From the NCBI GenBank assembly GCA_047495785.1, contig JBLDXI010000013.1, positions 186,001 to 250,000 of the forward strand: 64,000 bases of DNA, in the 5' to 3' direction. This document shows positions 25,633-38,655 of the stretch, piece after piece; the first letter of the stretch is position 1, and the number at the start of each line of letters is the position of its first letter. The stretch comes from Lepidodermella squamata (lineage: Eukaryota; Animalia; Gastrotricha). The notes under the pieces are model-generated. The model was not told the origin of the DNA and made no database searches. It saw nothing but the letters and a program-made list of their open reading frames with translations. The position numbers and the translations under genes are program-made.

Positions 25633-26038
25633 TTGAATAAACTAATTATCACCTTGGAGCCAGCAATTGTTGTCGCTCCCATTTCAAAATGAGGGCCTAT
25701 ATGATCTTAAAAATAGCTCAATAAAAAATCGAAAGCTATATAAGGTTGACATTATTTATATCTCGGCGTTCATGAAAAACTGTATAATGTAAACTAACTG
25801 TTAGCGACGAGTAATCGCTTCATAATATAGGGATCATGTCGTGACAAAATCAAGGAATCATTTTCTTAAGAAGGATGTAAAGAAAGATTAAGAGAGACTT
25901 GTTAACAGCATCACTTTATTTCCTCAATTTTTTTAAAGTAGACTCCCTGTATAGCTAACATGAAACAAAGTTTGAACCTTTATTGTACTTCAGAGCGATA
26001 ACAGATGTCTTATGTCCAGATACGGGTGGGAAACCAGT

Positions 26039-27078
26039 TCATTTAGGGTTCTGGTCAAAGTACAACCGCGGAAACCAGTATCCTACCTAGATGAACTTGG
26101 CATGTCATGTGAGCAAACGAATAACATTCATAAGAGACGCGCCGCACGAAAAGGCTCCTTATCCACAAGCCAGATAAGATTTCGGAAGCGTTGATCTAGC
26201 AGTTTCATGAGCGCATAGTTACCCCATGTGTTAGCAACACCTCAGACAATAGGTACGAAATAGATAAATGCCAGATAAATACCAACATCATTATGAAAAA
26301 TTAAGCAGAATATAATGCTGCAATCAAATATGACCTCAATTTTGGGGACTTCTAAAACTCGGCCAAAAAAAAAGTTCTTCAAAAATTGCTCTCGTTGCGC
26401 AACAATCTAAAAGTTTGGCTGCTGTGGTTCCTTTTATTTTAGTGTAATTTGTTCTGAGTAGTCCCCCATTTTTGATCGTAGCAATTAGGAAGGGCTACCC
26501 ACGACGAACTTTCTACAGCAGTCGTTGTAATCTTGAGTGGTCAACTAAATCTTGAGATTCGAATTTTAGATCACGTGATATTATTATGATCAGCGTACAA
26601 ATTAGTTGGCTCGAAAGAGGGGTTAATGATAGCTGCTGCCTATCTTTTCACGAGTTTGCAGAGATGAAGCTTATTTCGAGCATGGCTGTACTTTGGCGTG
26701 TCCTAAGTTACTGATTGTCTCCTCACAGTGGGAATGAAAGCCAGGTTTGAAAATTCGCAAGCAAGATGTTTCTTTTACCTCAAGCCGGGCTGTCCAAGGC
26801 GATGCGAGTTGAAATTTTACCGCAAACAGCCTAAATAACTAATAGTTGCGCACTCTTGCTGCACATAGTACGTCTATTCACGTGTGTTGATAACACGCAG
26901 CGGGTCCAAAGTCCACCGGGCATACTCGCGCACTCGGTATAATGCGAGAACAAAAACACAGCCTAATTATTGAGACATTTTCCTGATTCTCTTTTTCATA
27001 ATTTCGCAATTACCCATGAAATGAACTGGAATAAACAGACACTGCTTCACTATTTACATTCTTTATTTGAGAAGACAT
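26039..27078 (-). other. Candidate small-exon gene or pseudogene of unknown function
   Basis: ATG at 27078, then introns of typical size (27013-26963, 26881-26831, 26778-26722, 26691-26640) that keep one frame. The frame cannot be closed cleanly beyond about 26600. A possible last exon ends at TGA 26039 with AATAAA near 25980. Confidence 0.3.
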
Positions 27079-27180
27079 TCGAATGAGTAGCGAGTTTCAT
27101 CGGGAAAATAATTTGCTATAGCACAATATCAACGCAATAAATTAATCAAAAATAATTTCATCATGTCCTAACAAATCGAA

Positions 27181-28729
27181 CTACAACGTTTCGACAATGA
27201 AATTGGCTATGTCAATTGCTCCTTTCTCCGAGGCCGTTGAAGGGTATGCACCGGCCGTATCCGGCATCAGCGGCTCCACGTGGAGCGCATTCGGTAAAAA
27301 ACTAAGCTTGGCGTGAACGCCCAACAAACGAAGTCGATTGTAATAGAGAAGGCCCTCGTCTCTCAGTGAATCAAACTCGGCCACTTGCATAAGGATAGGC
27401 GGCAGTGTTTTCAGTTTCTCGTTGTCCTCGATAAGCATAGGCCATGCTCGCTCGTCAGTAACCAGCTTTCGTGCTGCCTCAACTTCTTTAGGGGATTCTT
27501 CCGGGGAGAAGCCACGGAAAATTTCCGTCTTGGCGGTCTTATGATCAGGGATCAAAGCAAGCACCTCTTCCGGTAAGGTGGAAATATTTAGCATCGGTGC
27601 GATTTTCACCTATTAAGAGAACATGATCAGTTACGAATGTGGCAAAGATAATCCATAATGCAGATACCATATCGCTTTTCAGAACATGTTTCCCAACTTT
27701 CATTGCCAACTGTAATAATTACATAAATAATTCTAAAACTTATTAAGAATGGTTCTTTTACTTACATCGACTACAGGTGTGAACCTGAGCCCGGCGTATT
27801 TAACTATATACCAATGGTGGTAAGCTGGAAAATCATCACGAAATATAGATTGCGAAGATTTAAGAACTGAGTGAATTACCATCGTAAACCTTGCCGTAAT
27901 GATAGTAAGACGGCAGCATTTGCACACCAGCAGCTATAACAATTGGTGAAATCAAAATCTGCGCCTTCAATTTGTATCGAGCTGAACCCGCCAACTCAAT
28001 GGCAACTATGGCAGCGAGATTGCCACCGGCGCTGTCACCAGCAACTGCGATTCGGGTCGGATCGATGCCTAATGACTCCGCAGAGTCGAAAATAGCCTTC
28101 GTTACTTTTATACAGTCTTCGAGGCCGGCGGGGAAAGGATGGGCCGGGGCCAAGCGGTAGTCGATAGAAATGAATACGGCATTCGTCATTGTAGCTAGTC
28201 TTTGGGTCCAGACAGAATGCGTTGATGGGCTTCCGAAAACAAAACCTCCGCCGTGAAAATAAATAACCGCCTTGCGCGCCGGCTTCTCAGCTGTCGTCGG
28301 CCTTTGATACAATTATCATTGGGAACAATTTTAAATTATTCTTGAAACTAACCGAAAAATTATGGAGTCGATTCCCGCTATCGAAATCTGTTCAATTTCA
28401 AGTCCATTAACTGAAGTCGGCTCTTTTGCTCCAAATTCGACAACTTTTTGAATTATGACCGCTGAATTATCTGCGAAACAAATGACATTCAAGATATATA
28501 ACATAATAATTTTGCCTTTATAACCGATAATTCCAGACCGCTCAGCGAAGATGACACCGTTGAACGCCGCAGTCGCTAATGCGCCAAGGAGTTTCCTCAC
28601 AACAGTGACATTTTCATGGCCATCCGGAAAGTTAGGAACATGATTATGCAACTGAAATGCGATCAGGCCAACAGTTGCGGCGATGATGAGTGTCCAGCGA
28701 ATGTTCGGCAATTTTAAATATTTGAACAT
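27181..28729 (-). CDS. AADAC/HSL-family esterase, copy B
   Basis: N-terminal hydrophobic anchor, then HGGG, DYRLAP, GDSAGG, EFDSLRDEG and ALH. Confidence 0.92.
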
Positions 28730-28835
28730 GGGTGGATTTAAGGCACTAAAGCAAGAAATAAATCGATGGTATTGCAAATTTGGATGAATGGCACAATCGG
28801 ATTTTTATTAAGAATCTTCTTGTATTGAGCCGACG

Positions 28836-29796
28836 CTACAGAACAGGGCAGTTGAGCGAATAAAACGTGAGATCGCCATCGGGTGCGACTACTGCGATCT
28901 TGATCGCAACCTCAAATTCATCGATTTTTTGAGACCGGCAATTATCTCGGAGTGACTCCAGTTCGCTGACAGATGGAAACTCAGCCGTCCACGGCCGAAT
29001 ACCCGCGACTCGAAAGCTAGGCGCGGGTGGCGACGTCTTGCTGAAATCAGGTGATGGCATGTGGGCATCGTAAATTCGACTCCCGTCACTGGCTTTCTCG
29101 ATGAGAACCTTGTAGCCAGCCCTCGTCAAATGGGCGTAAACAATGTAATGCGACAACGTGACCGAAGATTCGTCGAGTAATCTCGCGTAAGCCTCTTGAA
29201 CGGAGTCGATATATGGACCTTGTAAAGGTTCCTCTTTAGAACTGGGTTCATTCAAATACACTATTAATCTACCCTGGAATAAAGATTCAAAACTACAAAA
29301 AAAGTGGAGACTAAAAGACTTACACTTTCAACAAGGAATATTGACTCTTCGGGGTGTAAAAAATGGATACCGCCGGTCCCAGGTGGCACAAATCCCATAT
29401 GCGCTCCCATTTTCCCCTATAACAAATATAGCGTTTTATAAAATCGAATAAAAATTATAACCTCTTACTTGGAACTGCACAATTTTAACGAGACGAGAAA
29501 CTGAATCATACACACCCGTCATCAATGAGCCCCTCAATAAAAGCAAATGATTAGATATTCGAACATGTCGACAGAAATGTTTACTTGGACAGAACAACTT
29601 CGGGTGGGAAGTCGGTTATACCCGGCATCGGTTGACCGCCGTCTTTCAAGAACTTGGCAGTTGGACCTTTGAAAGAGCCTTTGCAAGCCAGCCGATTTCG
29701 AGGCTTCTTCCGCTTTGTTTGAAATTCCTCTCCTCCATCAGCGTTCGTTCGTTTACTGTTTGGCGACTCATCTTTCTTGGTAACATTTTCAGCCAT
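28836..29796 (-). CDS. TSEN54: tRNA-splicing endonuclease subunit SEN54 (compact, about 268 aa)
   Basis: Exons 29796-29585, 29532-29469, 29416-29324 and 29273-28836 total 807 nt. Motifs HMG, FLHPEESIFLVESG, SVQEAY, YIVYAHLTRAGYKV and IAVV..G.LTFYSL. Confidence 0.82.
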
Positions 29797-29981
29797 TCTC
29801 TAGAAAAACTTTGCAATTTAATTGCCAACGTTGACAATCGACAATAGACGAGTTAATTGGCAGAAGGTGATCGGAATTCACGAAAAATCATGCTTCAACA
29901 ATAAAATACTAACAGACCATGATATCACAGCCCGCACAAATCGGAAACTGAATCAGAAGCAAACGAAACGTGTAACAAAAT

Positions 29982-31397
29982 TTAAAGTATTTCGTTAATA
30001 TAGTCGATAATATCAGCGGATCCTTTCAGCGAAGCTGTCGAAGGTATTGCTCCAGTCAAGTCTCGGAACAAGGGCTCACCGTGAATTGCTTTTGGCAGGA
30101 AACTGAGCTTAGCGGGCACACCGAGTTGCCGCAATCGGTTGAAATAAAGCAGACCTTCGTCGCGAAGTGGGTCGAACTCGCAAACTTGAACAAGAACGGG
30201 CGGAAGCTTCTTTAAACGACTGTCATCTTCGTTTATCAGGGGCCAAGCTCTTTGTTCCAGCGCCAATTTTCCAATGGCTTCGACTTCCTTCGGCCTGGTC
30301 GCCATTTCTTCATCACTCGCGCCAGATTCGCGGGTGATAGCCGAAGTTCGGTCGGGAATTAGGGCCAAAAGGTCGTCGGGAAGGGACTGGATGTCAAGTC
30401 GATGGCGAATTTTGTCCAGTTGGCTCTTAGAAACGTGATGCTCAGAGCGAATAGCCGACTGAATAACAACATGCATAATTTGCAATATAATAGTTGAGCT
30501 TTCAAATATTAACCTGAATTGCCGAAGTAAATGGGAGGCCCGCATACTTCACAATAAACCAGTCCAAATGAACTAAAAAAGCATGGAAATCGTATTTTAT
30601 CATGAAACTAATGAAAAATTGCTTACTCATGAACAAATCACCGTAGTGAGCATACGATGGAAGCGAAGAAACACCGGCGGCCACCAGAACGGGGAAAATT
30701 AGAACCTGTGTCTTTATTTTGTATTTATCAGATGTTGCCAACTCGACTGCAACTGCAGCTGCGAAATTGCCACCCGCACTTTCGCCGGCTACAGCAATTC
30801 TAGTTTTGTCTATGCCAAGCTGTTCAGCCGAGTCGAACACAGCCTTTGTCACCCGAACGCAATCATCAAGAGCGGCTGGGTAAGGATGCAGTGGGGCTAG
30901 GCGATAGTCGACGGATATCAGCACGGAGTTCGTTGCATTCGCCAGGCGAAGTGTCCAGCTAAAGTGAGTACTTGGGCTTCCGATGACGAAACCGCCTCCG
31001 TGAAAGTAGATGATTGTTTTGCTGTTTTTCCCAACAGTTTCTGGTCTAAAAATCACCACCTTTGTACCGGCGATTTCAGTACGTTCGATGGTCACACCAA
31101 CGGGTGGTGGCGGCTCGACCACGCGCGCTGCAAATGCGTTTTGAATCAGGACGGCTGAATCATCTGAGGACGCAAAAATACTTGATTTAGCTGCAAATGA
31201 TCAACTAGTATCATACCAATTAAGCCTAGACGTTCCGCCCATATTGCAGCCTTGAAAATGGCATGTAATACGCCTGCGGAAATCTTTCGTTTTACAGTCA
31301 CGTTTTCATGGCCATCAGGGTAATTCGGAACTAATTTGTACGCTTCGTATGCCAAAACCCCAACGATAACAGCGAAAATTACCCGTTTAAAAGCCAT
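29982..31397 (-). CDS. AADAC/HSL-family esterase, copy C
   Basis: Motifs HGGG, DYRLAP, GESAGG, EFDPLRDEG and AIHG. Three short introns. Confidence 0.92.
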
Positions 31398-31451
31398 CTA
31401 CACAAATAAATCTGGCCTTGTAACAATATTTTTGCAACAATATTTGCAAAT

Positions 31452-31521
31452 TCTTGAACTGACAGTTTACCTGCATTTGTCGGTCTTCCCATAGCATAAG
31501 TCAGTGCGGCTTCTACATGCA
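31452..31521 (-). pseudogene. Fragment of a D/E-type esterase last exon
   Basis: Matches 35361-35430 (copy E) and 31835-31905 (copy D) in alternating patches. Confidence 0.75.
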
Positions 31522-31797
31522 ATAATAATAACAGCGTGATAATACCAGCGAATCATGGAATATGTTATGGAAGACGAGGAAATAACACTAATCACCCAAG
31601 AGTATTAATAGTTGCGCTGCGTCTCAGGGAATACAGCAAATATTACATAATTAGGCTATCAATGTGCGGCAGCATTATCGAAGAAATAAAACTTTCAATT
31701 TCAATTTCAATCTCAAACACAATCACAACAGTTCAAAATATGTCGATGGAAAAATAAAGTTTTCACTAATGAAGTCACCGGCTGAATTGTCACATAT

Positions 31798-34700
31798 TTA
31801 GTTTCCAGCTTTTTTAACAATGAACTGTGATACTTCTTGAATTGACAGTTTAGCAGCATTTGTCGGTCTGTCCATAGCGTAAGTCATCAAGGCTTCTACA
31901 TGCAGCGAGTCTTTGATTAAACTAGCCTGCACATCAACGCCCAGCGAACGTAGACGATAAGCAAATAAGATTTCTTCATCACGCAACGGATCAAATTGAT
32001 TGTACTGAATGAGAACCGGGCTTTTTGCAAGCTGCTAAAAAATAAAACAGCATTGGGTAAGTGTTGATTCAATCTCCAGCGACTACCTTTTTAAGTGTTT
32101 CATCGTCAGCCAAAAACGGCCAAGCTCGCTTATTCATGGAAATAGATCTGACCGCAACGCTGTCAGCATCGTTTTCATCGAACTCCACTGCTGGCTCAAC
32201 AGGAAAAGCCGTGTCTTGATAGACGATCTGATCGTTGATCCTTAACTCCTCGGGTAGCTTAGAAATTCCGAAATATTTAGCCATCTGCTTTTGAAACTCT
32301 ACAGGAACATGGCTGTTCGACTCGATCAATTTTTGTACTTTGGCCGAATATTTTTCAACGCCTACAAGAAGCATAAATATGAATACCGTATATATCGGAA
32401 TATAAATAACTCTCTACTATTTTTTCAAACAGTCCGAAAACCCCTCTCGCTAGCGTTTCGGTATAACTCTCCATTTGACGGTAAATATTTTACCGCAGCA
32501 CGCAAACAAGGTCACATCAATGCCTGTGCGGTATAACGAACGCCGCCGCTTTTATAAATTTTTACCGCACGCGGCGTCAGTTTTACCGCAGAAGCACTTG
32601 CGGCAGTTACTATTTAACGTAAGCTTTTGTCTTTCCACTTACCGTAAGGCTTTTACACAGCTAGTGAAGAAGCATGCTGCATATGAGCCATGGAGGAATC
32701 CCGCGCGCATCACCATGGTAACGCGTCATTTTATAACACCCTAAACCACCAGTCAATTTTTCTGTCATCCTCATGCTCAGCGGTTGCGTAACACGCTCTA
32801 TTGTAAGAACGCGAGCCAAGACTCGCGAGCAGTTCCGACTCCATTATTTCTATTCCTCCATAATATGAGCTGAATTTACCGCAGAAACATTTATTTTACC
32901 GCGCGCGAGTATTTGTATGCTTCAGAGTCGAGGTAGTGCCGTTTACGGTAAATTGTTTACCGCAAGTAGAGAACAATGGCGAGATGGAGTTACCGTCAAA
33001 TGGAGAGTTATACCGAAACGCTAACGCCTCTCTTCAATTCAGGGCCTCTTTTATTTAGAGCCTCCCTATTATTTTTTCTTCGTTCCGAACAAACCTTAGG
33101 TATCACATAAAATGATGTAAAATTATTTATCTGCGGGAGAAAAAATATTTGACCGCAGTTCTGGGGGTTTTCGAAGGCCCTGATCACGATTATAAAATCC
33201 GTTTGTCTTTATATATCACCGTTAAGGCTGTACGAAAACTGGCCAATGTCGTCCTATCCGCCCAGCTGATTTCAGGCGATTTTTCGAGCACCCTAATTTA
33301 CTTATCAGGTGCTTTCAGCTTTGGAATTTTAGATTCTAAATGACTCCCATGAATGTCCCCAAGATTCTTCCTCACTTATATCACCGGAAAATTAAGTTTA
33401 AAAAACTTTTAGCGGCTCAGCATTCAGATCAGAACTCAGCTTTTCCAGTTTTTCCTCGCGGCAGTTTTCGCAGCACAAAAATCACGCACTCCGCCTGTAT
33501 AAGTCTGGGCGGATAGGACGAATTCGGTCGGTTTAATTGAATTCCAATAGCGTTGTCATTTTTAATTTCCAACTCGAACAAATTGACACAGAGGTCAATG
33601 GGACTATGGCGGACACGGTGGTATTTTTTGTAGGATCAAAAAATAGTCAGAAATTTCAAGCAGAAAAAATCGAAATTTCAATCTCAGGTTGACTATTTTC
33701 AAATTGCTAGTATGTCCTGACCATGCAATATAACGGTGCCCTAGTCTCGAAACCTTGTAGCTAACATCGAAAAGCAATATTCCTCAAAATGGCGATCAAG
33801 AACTCATGAAATTAAATTTTCTGCAAATTTTCAAAGTCGAAATTCCGAGATCGTCCTTCCCGCCGTGAAAGGGTTGAGGTGAACATCTAATTTGTACCCG
33901 TGCACGCATTTCAGGGTGGCGTCAAAAGTGTTGGTAGCAAACCCTCTCTAAAATTTAGGTCCTACATTCAATTATTTCAAATGCCGCGTAACCCTCTCTA
34001 CTGAATAGGTCCTCACTTATAATCCGGTATATCCGGAAGTTGGAATTGGTAAAGTATGCTATCCTATTAAAACTCAGCTTACCGGCATAGTTCGCCAGGA
34101 ACCATTCCAACGTTATTGGAAAGTTTTTGTTGTAGTGCTGATAGCTCGGAAGCTGCAAGTTGACCATCTGAAGCCAGGGCGAAGTCAGTACAACTCCCTT
34201 CAACGTGAAGCGCTGCGGTAGTTCTAGAGCAGTTTCCAAGGCCAAATTGCCACCTGCGCTATCTCCAGCGATGAACAGTTTCGTTTTATCAACCCCATAC
34301 TTTTCTGCCCGCTCGAATATTGCGATTGAGGCCTTCAAGGTATCTTCAATCGCGCTCGGAAAGGGGTGCTTGGGAGCCAAACGGTAGTCAATAGAGAAAA
34401 TTGTCGCATTTGATTGGAGAGCTATAGCTTCTGTTAGCTTAAAATGAAATTGCACGCTGCCCACAACGAAGCCTCCGCCATGTATGTATATTACGCCACT
34501 TGACATTTTCTGAGCTGTCTTCGGCTTAATGATTAAAACAGGGACGTCATTAAAAACCTCAGTAAGAACTTCAACGTTGTCATTGGAATCCGGCTCTTTT
34601 GGTTTCCCTAGAATGCTTTGAAGAACGTAGGCTGAAGCTGGGGTCAGACCAAGACGATGCAAACCAATCAAAATTCCAAGTTGCATCTGTGTCACTCCAT

Positions 34701-34815
34701 CCACAAAGCCTCGAAAGAACCTATCTTCGAGAGTATCAGGGTGATGGACCATGATTTTCCACGTCCCCATCGCCAAAAGAGCTGCGACAATCGAGAGTTT
34801 GATCGCAATACCCAT
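31798..34815 (-). CDS. AADAC/HSL-family esterase, copy D (intron 1 expanded by a ~1.65 kb transposon insertion)
   Basis: Exon 1 has HGGG and GDSAGG. Downstream exons at about 32362-32088 and 32034-31798 have FDPLRDE and LH. Close paralog of copies E and H. Confidence 0.9.
32386..34036. mobile_element. Non-autonomous DNA transposon with pogo/Tc2-like CCGTA ends, inside intron 1 of esterase D
   Basis: Left end CCGTATATATCGGAATATAA versus reverse-complemented right end CCGGATATACCGGATTATAA (17/20 identical), preceded by TA. The flanks rejoin into the short intron seen in paralogs E and H. Confidence 0.75.
32451..33023. mobile_element. MITE with perfect 34-bp terminal inverted repeats, nested in the larger element
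   Basis: TAGCGTTTCGGTATAACTCTCCATTTGACGGTAA at 32451-32484 and its exact reverse complement at 32990-33023. The outer TA may be the target-site duplication. TTTACCGC recurs internally. Confidence 0.9.
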
Positions 34816-34973
34816 TTCGACCAAAATAACAAATCAAATAAGCCTACAAAAGGAGAATGTAATATGTTATTTGCAGACAAGTCATTACATTCAAAGAATT
34901 AGGCCACTGTTCGTTGAACACTAGAAACTATAGCAGTGGCGCGTCACACCAACAGTTGCAATTAGTGCGCACC

Positions 34974-35300
34974 CCGAGAAAAGAGCCTAATTTCTTCTTC
35001 GGTCGGGCCAAATTCGCGAATGGCTAGTACGCCTGCGGAAATTGTTTTTACTGTAACTATTTCACGGCCATCAGGGCAATTCGGAACTAATTTGTATGCC
35101 AAAACCCCAACGAAAACAGCGAAAATTACCCGTTTAAAAGCAAGCTGGTTTTTTCAGATTGAACCATCTGACTGACAAGATACTATTATAATTTATGATT
35201 GTACGTAAAAAAATTTAACAGCATCTTTCTTCCGCGACGAAGCAGTAGGAGATGAGCCAACAATCACATTGACGACCGGTTCGATATGCTCGCGTGAGAG
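34974..35300 (-). pseudogene. Chimeric esterase debris: C-type exon 1 fragment plus F-type 3' end
   Basis: 35030-35141 resembles 31268-31394, and 35141-35290 resembles 37106-37265. Both carry deletions. Confidence 0.75.
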
Positions 35301-35323
35301 TCACGGGCTGAATTGTCACATAT

Positions 35324-36705
35324 TTAGTTTTCACCTTTTTTTGAGATGAACTGCGCAATTTCTTGAATTGACAGTTTACCTGCATTAGTCGGTCGATGCA
35401 GAGCAAAAGTCAGTGCGGCTTCTACATGCAGCGAGTCTCTGATTAAATTAGCGTGAACATCAACGCCAAGCGAACGTAGACGGTGAGCAAATAAAATGTC
35501 CTCATCACGCAACGGATCAAATTGATTGTACTGAATGAAAACCGGGCTTTTAGCAACCTGTAAAAAAAGAAACGGCATTGGGTAAGTGTTGATTCAATCT
35601 CCAGCGACTACCTTTTTAAGTGTTTCATCATCAGCCAAAAACGGCCAAGCTCGCTTGTTCATGGCATTAGATCTGACCGCAACGCTGTCGGGATCGTTTT
35701 CATCGAACTCCACTGCTGGCTCAACAGGAAAAGCCGTGTCTTGATAGACGATCTGATCGTTGATTCTGAACTCCTCAGGTAGTTGGAAAATTCCGAAACG
35801 TTTTGCCATCTGCTTTTGGAACTCGACAGGAACATGGCTGTTCGACTCGATCAATTTTTGTACTTTGGCCGAATATTTTTCAACGCCTACGAGGAACATA
35901 AATATTAACAGTTGGAATTAGTAAATTATGTATCAGCTCATATGCAGCTCAGCTTACCAGCATAGTTCGCCAGGAACCATTCCAACTTCATCGGAAAATC
36001 TTTGTAGTAGTGCTGATAGCTCGGAAGCTGCAAGTTGACCATCTGAAGCCAAGGCGAAGTCAGTACAACTCCCTTCAATGTGAAGCGTTGCGGTAGTTCT
36101 AGAGCTGTTTCCAAGGCCAAATTGCCACCTGCGCTATCTCCAGCGATGAATAATTTCGTCTTATCAACCCCATACTTTTCTGCACGCTCGAATATTGCGA
36201 TTGAGGCCTTCAAGGTATCTTCAATCGCGCTCGGAAAGGGGTGCTTGGGAGCCAAACGGTAGTCAATAGAGAAAATTGTCGCATTCGATTGGAGAGCTAT
36301 TGCTTTCGTTAGCATAAAATGAGATTGCACGCTGCCTATAGCGAAGCCTCCGCCGTGTATGTATATTATGCCGCTTGACATTTTCCGATCTGACTTCGGC
36401 TTAATGATTACAACTGGGACTTCATTAAAAACGTCGGTAAGCACTTCAATGTTATCATTTAGTTCAAAAAATGGCGCTAATGTTTTCTCTAGAAATCCGA
36501 AGCTGCTCTGAAATACGTAGGCTGTAGGTGGGGTCAGCCCAAGACGCTCCAATCCAATCAAAAATCCAAGTTGCATCTGTATCACTCCATCAATAAAACC
36601 TCGAAAGAACCTATCTTCGAGAGTATCAGGGTGCTTGACCATGACTTTCCACGTCCCCATCGCCAAAAGTGCTGCAACTATCGAAAATTTGATCGCAATG
36701 CCCAT
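35324..36705 (-). CDS. AADAC/HSL-family esterase, copy E
   Basis: Motifs HGGG, GDSAGG, FDPLRDE and SLH. Two introns. Confidence 0.92.
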
Positions 36706-36879
36706 TTCGACCAAAATAACTAAATAAATAATCCTACGGAAGTAGAAATAATATTTTATTTACAGACAGCTCATTACATTCAAAGAATTAACACTAGAAA
36801 CTATAGTGGCGCGTCACACCAACAGTCGCAATTACAGTGCAACCCCTTTACGTTTTTGCGTCAGTATATAAGACGCACG

Positions 36880-37105
36880 CCGAGAAAGGGGCCACATTTC
36901 TCCATCGCTTGCGCCAGATTCGCGAATAGAATGTAGTACGCCTGCAGAAATCTTTCTTTTCACTGCAACGTTTTCATGGCCATCAGCGTAATTTTTAGGC
37001 TTCGTATGCCAAACCCCCAACGATAACAGCGAAAATTACCCGTTTACACACAAATAAATCTGGCCTTTTAACAAAATTTCTACAGCAAAATCGTCAAATT
37101 TTGGC
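36880..37105 (-). pseudogene. Truncated C-type esterase exon 1 with the start codon deleted
   Basis: DGHENVAVKRKISAGVLH matches copy C. The upstream cacaaataaatctggcc matches 31401-31417, but the ATG-containing bases are missing. Confidence 0.8.
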
Positions 37106-37159
37106 AGCAAGCTGGCTGCTTCAAATTAAATCATCTGACTAGCAAGAAGTTGTTATAAT

Positions 37160-38655
37160 TTATAATTGTTCGTTAATAAATTTAACAACATCTTCATATC
37201 CCTTCCGCGACGCAGCAGTAGGGGATTGTCCAAGAATCACATTCAGCACCGGCTCAATATGCTCGCCAGTTGGCAAATAGCTCATGGTGACAGACACGCC
37301 TAGCGCTCTCAATCGTGCGTAATAAAGCAGACCTTCGTCCCGGCGCATGTCGTAGCCGCAAACCGACAAAAATATCGGAGCTACTTTACGCAACTTGTTG
37401 TCGTCAGTCGTCAACAGTGGCCAACATTTCTCGTCCAAGGCTAATTTATTTATTGCTTTCAGTTCGTTTGGCAAAGCAGCAACAACGGATGACTCGATTC
37501 CAGAATCGCTGATATCGATATTGGTCCAAGATTTGTCAGTGGAGACGAGTGAAGCGACATCACTCGGCATGGAGGATACTTTTAGAAAATCGAAAATTCG
37601 TTTCTATGCAAGAAAATTTGCTATCCTCAACAGTTATAGCTGATAATCCAAGTCAAATCTAACCGTGTCTTGCTTTGAAACAAACTTCCTAGCAAGAATC
37701 GCCGATTCGACAGCGCTAGAATACGGCTGCCCGGCATATTTTGCAAAATACCAGTCAGAGTTTACTATGTATTTAAAGAACTCATAAAACTCTCATTGAA
37801 AGAAGTGAGGCTTGAACCTACTTGGGTACAGTTTGCTGCATAGCCGTTTAAAGACATATTGAGATAACAATTCCAATGATGACGCGGAATATAATTAAAT
37901 AACCTGTAAGGCGAATAGCTTGGCATCGGTATAACGCCAACTGGTACGATAACAGCTGAGAACAAAGCTTGAGCTTTTAGTTTGTAACGATCGCTAGCAC
38001 CTAATTCAATAGCCACCACAGCAGCGAGATTCGCCCCAGCAGAGTCGCCAGCCACGGCGATTCTATTTTTGTCGATTCCAAGCTGTTCAGCCGATTCGAA
38101 AACTGCTTTGGTTACGTTCAAGCAATCTTCCACGGCGGCAGGATATGTGTGCTCAGGGGAGCGCCGGTAGTCTACTGAAATCACGACAGAATCTGTAGCG
38201 TCGGCTAGTTTTGCAGTCCAGGGTGCGTAAAAGCGAGCACTTCCCAGAGCGAACCCGCCGCCATGAAAATAAATAATTGCTTTTTGATTTTTAGACGCGT
38301 GATCTTTTCTGAAAATCAGCACTGGAACACCAGCAAGCGACGCTTCCACTCCTTGAACTTCCAGCAGCCTGTCGCGATTTGAATTTTCAGCCAGGCCCAT
38401 CACGTACCGAATCGGCGTGGCAGAGTCATCTTTAATGTTAGTTTATAGGCAACCATGCGGTAATTGTTAAACCTTACCAATTAATCCAAGCCTTTCAGCC
38501 GTTACTGAGAGCCGAAAGATAACTCTCATAACTGTTTCGAATGTCTTTCTAACGTTGTCGATTTCCATATTTTCCGGATAACTGGGGCACACATTATAGG
38601 CGATTTGGTAAGCCAAGACTGCTAGTGCCCCGGCGAAAATGATGCTTTTAATCAT
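37160..38655 (-). CDS. AADAC/HSL-family esterase, copy F
   Basis: Motifs HGGG, DYRRSP, GDSAG, YDMRRDEG and GEH. Confidence 0.9.

Noticed and set aside
33090-33880. A third nested piggyBac-like element (GGGTT end near 33870)
   Set aside because: No matching left inverted repeat or TTAA duplication was found.
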